Origin: Chrysomallon squamiferum
Taxonomy: Eukaryota; Animalia; Mollusca
NCBI GenBank assembly: GCA_012295275.1
Contig: CM022672.1
Span: 30,194,001 to 30,258,000 of the forward strand
Direction: 5' to 3'
Length of the DNA stretch: 64,000 bases
In this document: piece by piece, positions 54,130 to 64,000 of the stretch
Numbering within the stretch: position 1 is the first letter of the stretch
Layout: each line of letters begins with the position of its first letter
The notes under the pieces: generated by a model
What the model was told of the DNA's origin: nothing
What the model saw: the letters and a program-made list of their open reading frames with translations, nothing else
Databases searched by the model: none
Program-made: the position numbers and the translations under genes

Positions 54130-55020
54130 TTTAAGCTGTAAATTGCATACACCTGTTTACAAAAATCCGAACAGCACATTTGTTTTAATATTACTGAGGA
54201 ATAATGATTTCAACATTAAAGGAAAACTACAAGTTTCAGAATATAAATTACAAGAATTTCAGCACCAATAATGCATCATCTTTAATCAGTAAATTGCTCA
54301 CACCTGTTTTCAAAGACTGAGATAACTCTAATTTATTTAGACTGATAAATACTGGTGTCATCATTAAGGAAAACTACAATTTCAGGAATAAAGAGTACAA
54401 GAATTTCAGCACCAATAATGCACCATGTTCTAACAGTAAACTGAATGCATCTATTTACAAAGGACCAACATACCAATTTGCTTTACATAATGAATGCTAA
54501 TGTCTTCATTAATGAAAATAAGAATTACAGGAATACAGAGCATACATAATGCACCATCTTTAAGCAGTAAATTGCATGCACCTATTTTCAAACACTGACT
54601 AATTTATTTTGATTGAGGAATACTGGTGTCAACATTAGTGAAAACAAAAATTGCAGGACTACAGAAATTACAAAATTCAGCAACAATAATGCACCATCTT
54701 TAAACAGTAAACTGCTTGCATCTGTTTGCAAACACTGATTACATCCCAAATTTATTTAGACTGAGGAATACTGGTGTTATCATTAAAGAAAACTACAATT
54801 TCAGGAATACACAATGCAACAGAATGCATATGATATTCCTTTACATCAGGAATACTGGCAATCTTGTTAATGAAAACTACAATTTCAGGAATAAAGAGTA
54901 TACAAAATTCAGCAACAATAATGCACCATCTTTGAACAGTAAATTGCTTGTATTTGTTTACAAAAATCTGAACAGCAAGTTTGTTTACAATATTATTGGG
55001 GAATACTAATGTCAATATTA
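54130..55020. repeat. Degenerate ~135-150 bp tandem repeat, ~6 copies
   Basis: Anchors AATAATGCA(C/T)CAT near 54267, 54414, 54547, 54685 and 54917, with recurring GGAATACTGG and GAAAACTACAATTTCAGGAATA. Confidence 0.8.
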
Positions 55021-58000
55021 CAATAAATAATTTAAAATATTCAAGCACTGTGGTTCAAAACTTGGTTAACTATTCTAGAAATGTAACCTGTAAAAGATTG
55101 GTAATAACTGATTAAAAGCAAGTTTTTGATCCAAGTTTTATCAAAAAGGAAATTAGTCCAAGATATATTTTCCAGAGGTGTGAAATATGCAAGAAGTATT
55201 GTAAACATAAGTTCGACTGAGGTTTACAAAATGGTCATGAGAACTAATGTCCTTGGAAGTTGTAAACAGTTTGACAATTTTATTATTTATATACTTTTTT
55301 GTCCATCATGCATCTTTTATACAAAGTCCTTCCCTTTCAATTAAAGGATAAAGACGAATGTTAAGTTAAAAATATTAATAAAAATAAAAACAAATAAATA
55401 AATAAAACAAAATAAGAAATATATTGAATGTCAACACATAAATAAAACACTGAATATGCAAGTCTGTCGTACTATTCAGTAAACAGTTTCATGATCATAT
55501 TTCATAAAAACATCAGAATGTTTTCAAAGTAATTATCCTTAGTTTTTGTTTCTTCAGAAAATCAAAGCTTGAAGAGTTGATAAACATATTAGGATTATTT
55601 AATTTAATAAATAAATAAATAAAATAAAAAATATTAGACATTCAGTAACTTGTTAATGTGTGTGTGTGTGTGTGTGTGTGTTTATACACACACACAGGTT
55701 TGTTTATTTGTCAACAGAAAATAAAGTACATCCTTTTTTCTTTTGCAACAGGAATATAATAATTTTTATTAAATATATATATATATATGTAAGCATTTTG
55801 GGGTTTTTCCCCCAGCAGAAATCCAGTAGTTTCTATTCAGAATTATTTCTTTTTCAGTAGAAATATTAAGGACTATTTCCTGCATTACAAGTTGAAAGAC
55901 TTCTGAATGAACCAGAAATCTTGGCCAAATTTGTACAACCTGATGTTTCTTATTTAACCAAATTAACATTTGAGGATAGAGTAGTTTTGCTCTTTGATGG
56001 AAACATCACTGGCTACCTGCTGATGCCCTTTATAAATTTATTGTTCAATAAATTCATGTGCATTAAAGAATATGAATGAGCAACTCAATGCAATATACAA
56101 AAATGCATGAATGATTTGTTTCAAAGCTCAGGCCCAGAAAATTTATACAACCCCCCCCCCAAACATTCTATTTCAGAATTTTACTGGATTCTAAATAATG
56201 CACCAGGATGACCACAATTGACATTTCAAAATGTTACATTTTCCCAAAACACCATTCTCTGAATTGCAGGCCTACAACCTCCAGGCAACACTTGCCAAGC
56301 CTTGATATTGGCAAGAGATGCAACACCAGAGCTGTCACTGAAATATTTTTGGAATTCCTATCAAGAACATTACTACTGCATGAGAGCACATTTCAATGAA
56401 GTATGTAAGTGTGTATGAAATATATAAACTTCTGAATGTTTTGTTAATATTTTAAATACCTTAGCACGTTGCAACAAATTACAATAAACTAACAAACATG
56501 GAAAATATTCTCAGTGAAGAAGCCTATATGGAATTAAAACAACTGGCAGATGTTATTGATGCTATTAAAGAGGTAAGCTAAGCTTAGAAATAATATTGAC
56601 AGATTCCAATGTGAATGAAGGATTCTATGAAAGCATTTTTGTTTACAGATAGAAAATACTGCCTTCATGATAAGAAGAAAAGAACAATGAAGATACAGAA
56701 CAAGTGTTTCATAAATTTCTTAAGGATGGAATGAAACAAAAATATACATCTGAGTTTCACTGCGCACACTGAACCAGTAGGAAAAAACAAACCTTAATAC
56801 ATAACCCATTATTGATAAAGTGATTATAAACATCAAGTAATGATTAACAAAAACTCTAAAATTTTGGTGTCAGTGACGTTTTCTCATGACATCATGCAAA
56901 ACAGAATATATTTGTCGCCCATGATTTGTATGACCAAAGATAAAAAATAAAAAGTAAAATCCATATCTCAAACTGGTCGATGAAGGAAGATGTTTACAAA
57001 CCCTCGTTAGTAAAAATTATGTACACAATTACTCCTCCCTGGCAGCAAGAATCTACATAATTACAGATTGAACATCTCTGTTTGATAACTAGACTGGATT
57101 TAACACAATTCTTAAACCTTATTAACCAGTAGAGTATTTTTAATGGAAACCTCATTTGATGATACTGATATTGTAGATACAGCAGGTTATAGAATGAATG
57201 TGAAAAAAAAAAAAAAGAGCAAATAAAAATAATAATAACATAAAAAAAGAAAAATGAGTTATTCCGCAAAAATATTACATCTGTCTGTGATGATAAAAAT
57301 ACTGGTACCTATATGGAACCAGTGTTGCTGGTTATGCTTCACCCTTCTTGCTCAAAGCTGAGTAATTATTTTCTTTAATAATTTAATAAGAAAACAACAA
57401 GACAGTACTGCAGACATTGAATTAAAGTCCTGAAAATGGAATAAATATCTGGTTGACAATTAGCCTTCAATGAAAATTAAAATGGGAATTGGACCTATAT
57501 AAACTAAGTGAATTATTTACCACCAGAATTGATTAATATCTATTATTCGTTCATTAATACAGTGTGTGAGAGGAAAGAGTGGATACTTGATGAATGTATT
57601 TCTAATAACAAAGTCCAGCTGTATACTGGAGTTGGACATTTTATTTAACAGAGATACATTAAGAGACCCCTGTGGCCTGAAATGTCATTTCTTTATCAGA
57701 TGTTATTTGGAAACATGATGTAATTAAAAAAATTATTGTATCTTGCTCATGATTAACCTCAGTGAAAGTTAAAAACTATAAACAGAAAAGTAATGAAATA
57801 CAAAAACGATATTTAAGACAAATATTAAGTTAGTTTTAGTTAACAGAATATTATCATCAATAATTTATGCAAATGGTCATTTCAGAATTTAATATCAGTA
57901 TGAATCCTTTAGTAGTGCAGCTTTATGTCATAAATATGTTAAAGATTATAGATATATAAAATAACTAAATTTTAAAAAGAAAGGTTTTCAATATTTATTT

Positions 58001-59946
58001 TTACAATAGAGGACATTCTTTCCACACAAAGATATTTAACAAATTATTCATTTTGTCTTGCTAATGGATATCGTAACATACCACAAATAAATTGTTACTG
58101 TTTATAATCAAGAAAGCAAGAATATTACTGACGAATCATAAACTGAATTCTTCACGAACAAGGGAAAGGTATACCAGTATTCGATGGATACATAGTTACA
58201 GAACAACAGATTTTCTTTCCCATTCAAAGGAAACATTAAAATGAGTTTACAAATTAATGAAAAAATAAATAAGAAGTTAACAACATGGCTGTCACTGAAC
58301 AGTCCAGCTTCCCCATCATGTATGACACTGCCATAAAAAAAGAGACATCCAATATAAAAAAATTGTGCTAGAGAAACATCTGATGTCAACACATATTGAT
58401 AAAATGGCAGTAACAGCTCCCAAGAAGATGATGGGAACAGTCTCCAAGTCATAAATTACTGAGGTAAGACCTCACCTATGGTCTAATGTAACAAAGGATA
58501 AAAAATAAAAAAATAATAACAGGAACAAGAACGGGAATGGGGTGGTTTGGGGTATGCCACTAAAAAAGAAAAGATTGTAAACATTTATATATAACAGAGA
58601 AAGATCCATGGGGTACACCTGTTATGGTAACTGGAAGATCTGATGGTACTGAATGAAATACAAGAACTGACTGCATATCAGCTCCAAAAGCAAACAACTA
58701 AATTTATTTTAACTGAAGTTTACTTGAAAATAAATCTACGTATCATATCAAAAAAGAAAAAAAGGAAAAAAAAAGAAGAAATAACTTACAAACATGGTCA
58801 TTGTATGATATCTCATAGATTTGTCTATTTTATCTTTATTTGAACAATGAACTTACTGTTCAATGATGACCCATTTTATTTGATAACCAAACAATTGGAA
58901 ATGAATTAGGATGATAAAATAATGTAACCAACATGCACGTTGTCCAAATTTAGACCATATCTAAAATTACAGTAAGATTATGATGGGTGTTCAGATGAAG
59001 ACTGAAATGAGCGAAATGTTCCCACATTTAGCCAATACATCATCTACTCTGTATAACCAAGAATTTGTTAGAACATAAATAATATCAAAATAAACCTAAC
59101 TCTGCACAGAGAAATATCCAGTTTTGGCCAAACTTTTAAATGACAACTGTCCAGTCTTTGTCCATTTTTTGCCAGATTTAGCAGGAGGGGAAATGTTCAA
59201 GGAGAGACAACTGTCAGATTCATGTGGAGTTAAAACAATAAAAGATTAAAAAAAATAAAAATAATTTGTGACAAAATATGTTGTTCTTTTCTACAGATGT
59301 GTCAACTCACAGTTTAGTTCAAAATTATTGCAATAGTTTTATCATTCTCACTTTCTCTTTCATTCCAATTTTAATTATTTCTATTTCTTTATCTTCATAA
59401 TATTGTTAAGTATATATATCTATATACAGATATAGATATAAACTAACAAAACAAAAAGAAATAAAGGTAACAAATATCCTTGCTTCATTTGCTTATTTCT
59501 TAGTATAGGCAAATGCAATTTAACTAAACCTGTCATCATCTATATAAATCTTTAAAAATATGTGAACCTTTTGGAAAATAAGCTTTAAATCAATGCAAAA
59601 TAATGAAGTAAGCATGCAAAAATACCAGTCATGAAGCAACCACACCAATAATCCATCTGCAACAATTCACAAAATTATTAATAACATTTAGATTGGCTCC
59701 TAAGTAAAAGTTTGGAAAACTATTTATAACCACTTGTTTTCACTGTTGTGCAAAATGTTTGGTACTTTTGCTTTGTTACTCTATTACTAATAATTAGGCA
59801 CTGTTAATTCACGGTTGATAATAAAATACAACAAACACAATGATAAAACAAAACACAGTAATTTTAAATAATAAATTAAAATTAAATCCATACACTCATG
59901 GAATGAAACAACAATTATAAATAAATTAAAAATTAAATCAAACTGG

Positions 59947-60075
59947 TCAGCTGAAGTTGATAACACCAAAGAGTGTTGGTACCATTTTTAGTCCATCTAT
60001 CTGAATAGATTGAGCCATACTGAAAGCTTTCAAGTCCTTGATATCACTTTCTAACTTTGATTCATAGGCCTGGAG

Positions 60076-60109
<34 letters not shown>

Positions 60110-63100
60110 CAATTAAAACCTATTGTTCATTCACTGAATGAAGAATATTACACTTGCAGGAAGACTATTATTATAAAATAATAAGAAAATACATAATACA
60201 AAGTTTAAAGGTGCAAACTGTAGCAGGCTGTGACATATTGTTCTCCTGTGCTGTCTCTACCTGTCCTTCTCTCCCCCTCTTTCCATCCTCCCTCCCTCTG
60301 TCTCATGCACACCCACACAAAACACAGCTATATATACATTCATGTGCACACACACACTATCCATTCATCCATTCACCTACCTCTAATCTTACAGATTATT
60401 AAGGAATATTGTCCTACTATAGTTTTACAACTGAAATAATTTTAGCGAGTCAATAACAGACCCTCAGTTCTTGAATTTCTTTAATCATGCTGAAGTTACT
60501 CTCTTGTGTTGTTTTTACAGCACGCTTCAACATCTGAATTTCTTGTTCTCGCTCTGAAAATATTGTTATAGAACCAAATCAGAATCTAAAAACTATACAC
60601 TGTATTACGTGATCTAAAAATAATAATAATAATAAGATTAAGAAGAACAATACCACCAAACAACCACCAATAATAATAAAACACACAGAGATACATATTT
60701 AAAAACACATAAGAATTCAAAATACATTTAGGATGTGTATTTACAATTATAAAATTATATTAATGACATCTATAATCTATATGTATCAATCTATCTAAAT
60801 TAATGATATATGTATTTACAAGTAAAAAATGACATTAATGACATAAGTATGCACAAGTATATAAAATAGAGTTTAGAGTTGTTCACACACACACACATTT
60901 TTATAGATATATTTACCATAATTTTTGTGTATAAACTGCTGAATAAAACTCTCTATATTCACTGGTGCTGGCAGAGTTTGGGCATCGTTAGTGAGATCAC
61001 TATCAGACAGTGATCCCAAACTCTCTCCTGTCATATCCACCACCAACAGCGGCGTGGAAGACATAGTCTCCTGCTGCTGCTGCTGTTGTTGCTGTTTGTG
61101 GATTTCTTTCTCAAGTTCACCTAGAGCAAGGACATAAAAATATCAAAAACAAAAATCTGTAATAATAAACACAAATAAGCATATCAAAATATTTAATAAT
61201 AATCAAATATTCATCACTAATGCACTTGTACTTCTTTAACTGAGGATGTTTTACTGTTAGAGGAAACCTCTTCTGCCAGATACTGGCCTATTGTTATCAG
61301 CAATAAAATTCATTTCCCCTACAGAAAGAAAATGGCTACCTGTACTTCATTTTTATTTACTTATTGTCATGGGCTGGCTACAATGGGATAATATTCAACA
61401 AAAGTCACTGCAGCAGACTGATCCTGCAGCATATCATTAGCAAATGAATGCACAAACCTGTGACAGCCTGCAAGTGCTGGCGTCCAAACATGTGTTCTTT
61501 CTTGTTGTGAAGTGAGCTGAAGTATTGTCGACAAACTCGGCAATACAATTCATTGACACAGTCTTCCTGAAAACAACAGTGTCAGCAGTTTTAAGGCAGC
61601 TGTTTAATAATCTAATTAAGGGATTAATCTGCTGATTTGGTCATTATAAATATGTGTGTGTATGTGAGTATATCTACACACACACACACACACACATATA
61701 TATGCATATATTACATATACACAAACAAAAAGAAAACAAAAACTGAACCATTAATTCATAAGAAATTCTTTTCAGTACACCCAAAAATTGTGAGAGAAAA
61801 GCCATATTTCAGTACATATTGTATTTTTTCTATAATAAATTAAATAATTATCAGTAAATATTCTGTCAGTTATCTGAAAGGAGAAAATACATCCGACTTT
61901 GAGGCTTCAGATATAGATTACTTCAGTAACATAGTAAAAATTATTTCTGCAAAAATTCTCTTAAGTCTTAAATTGTAACAAACCTTTTAACTGTATCCAG
62001 TGAAAATGTTTATACTTAAAACAGTATTTGCTGTTGGTTTGCTCTGTTGTGTTCATTTTAAATGATGTTGTATTTCTGTAATTGCTAATGAGGAACAGGT
62101 AATTAAGAGCTTGCTTGCATGGAATTAAAACACTTACATTTAGGTCAATCATGGATGTTGTGTATGATCCTGAATCAACACCTGTAGTACCTTCAACTAG
62201 AGAAAAACAAATTAACAAAAATATAATCATTAACATCTCTTTCTCTCACACAAAAAACACACATTCACTGACATACATAAATCTGCAAATACCTGCATAC
62301 ACAAATGGTCTCATTTAAAAACAGGTTTAAAAAATGTTCACATTATAATGTTAACCTATTAGCTATCAAGAACTAAAACATGGAGCTTGTAACAAACTGT
62401 ATCAAATGTTTTAGTTAATAAACTGGGCTGACTGTAAAGATTTCACCGATTTTCAGAAATGAAATACCAATCTATATTAAAAAAATAATGTCATTCAAAT
62501 CAGACTATATTAAAAGGCAATTTAACACACCACAAAAATTCTTCATTTTTTTCTTTCTCACATAATTATGATAAGCTTCTGACTGGTGGAAAGTTTTCAG
62601 TTCCTCAATATATCTTCTTTTATCTGCCTCGGCTTCATCTAGATATTTCTAAATTTAAAAAAAAGTAATTCTTACAATTAACCAAACAGATCTGAATATA
62701 AAACAAAATAACATAAAATAAACAATTCTTCTTAAATACTTAATAATTTTATATACTGTCCTGTAAACAGATGAATTTTTTTAATAAATAAAACAAATGA
62801 TTTTATATTTTATTTAATGAAAACCACATTTTTACAGCAATATTTAAAAGCACGTTTTAATATTATATTTTATTCTATCCAAATTCATAACTGTGATATT
62901 TATTTTAATTAAAAATTTATATTAATTAAAAACTGTTTTGAATTTTAAATACATTAACTGATAGTGTATATATTTCTAACTTCATAACTGTGATATTAAT
63001 TTTATTTTAAAATATTTAGAATTTTTAATATTTTAATTGATAGTACATTTATTTTGACACCTAATAAACAAACTGTTGTTAGACATTCATCTATTCATTA

Positions 63101-63361
63101 AATGAAAAATAACTGTTTATTAATTCAAAACACAACTATTACTCACAACAAAGTAAATAAAAGGTTGAACGTAAATTTGCAAATACATCTACAAATAATT
63201 AGATTTTCCTCTAGCACAGACAGTTTTTTAGCATCACCTGTTTTTTTTCTGCTGGCATTGTTGACCATTCCTGACCAAGTATTTTAGTGACATCGGAAAA
63301 CAACATATCTGGATTACTTTCTTTAATTTCCTGTCTCCTATCTATAGCATATAATACATAC
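59947..63361 (-). CDS. HMG-box + C2H2 zinc finger + coiled-coil protein (HMG20A/B-like), 3' part. Exons 63238-63361, 62531-62648, 62138-62196, 61458-61566, 60917-61120, 60462-60553, 59947-60069; 5' exons probably beyond the window
   Basis: YVLYAIDRRQEIKESNPDMLFSDVTKILGQEWSTMPAEKKQKYLDEAEADKRRYIEELK is an HMG box of HMG20 type. LYCRVCRQYFSSLHNKKEHMFGRQHLQ is a matrin/U1-type C2H2 finger. Poly-Q and FIQQFIHKNYEREQEIQMLKR (coiled coil) follow. All junctions are GT-AG and in phase. Confidence 0.85.
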
Positions 63362-64000
63362 CTAAAAAACAAATAAAAAACAACAACAATTAAAACAAAG
63401 CACGGCTATAAACCACTTGTCAACATGAAATAAAGAAATAACTGCTATCCCCAAAAATAAAAGATTTCACTTTATCATTAACATCTACAGATTTAAAATT
63501 TTTACTGTAATTATTAAAATTAATGTAATTATTTTCAAATGATTTGTTTCTTTTGACTTATTTGAAGTGTGTCAGTGGTGAGATGTATAAATGAATGCCT
63601 TAGAACCGGTGAGATGTGTGGTATGTCCCAAAAGAAATGATTTTGAATCATAAAGAAGTAGATGTTAAGAGCACGATCCATGCCTGAATGGTCTAACCCA
63701 TGTCAATCACATTTTTCTGTACCTACGAATAATTTTATGAATAATAAATCACTGAAATTAGAAATGCTTTTATTTCTTTACAAAAAATATAAATAAATAA
63801 AAACATTCTATGAATCAGACTAGGCTGGTTCCAAGCCCTTGAAAACAGTACAGTATATAAGTATTAATATCGAAACTACTAAAACAATTTCTAACTTCCA
63901 ACTAAGTCAACTTCTTTTTTGTTTTTTTGTTGTGAAACAAGTATTATATGGGGGCACATGTTTTATATAATTATATTTACATAATTCCAACTAGATTACT

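Noticed and set aside
54716-55048. Overlapping ~97-aa ORFs in the degenerate tandem repeat
   Set aside because: The frame is not preserved across the other units; there are many indels and stops.

Overview
AT-rich, intron-dense eukaryotic (animal) genomic DNA; a lophotrochozoan/mollusc-like origin is inferred, not shown. Manual splicing recovers seven protein-coding genes in strictly alternating orientation (- + - + - + -): a partial RING-finger gene, a SLIMP-like degenerate mitochondrial seryl-tRNA synthetase paralog (17 exons, ~493 aa), TRMT1L (8 exons, ~599 aa), BCCIP (7 exons, ~290 aa), DDX56 (17 exons, ~547 aa), PBDC1 (~158 aa) and the 3' part of an HMG20-like gene with an inserted C2H2 zinc finger. 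Also present are an internally deleted FLYWCH/MULE transposon, a 1.5-kb tandem duplication, several minisatellites and many microsatellites. The most striking pattern is tandem repeats built from exon-intron junctions: three splice-donor duplications in DDX56 (one a 6 x 96-bp in-frame array) and an acceptor array in TRMT1L. Most entries in the supplied ORF track are spurious or are exon fragments read through into introns.
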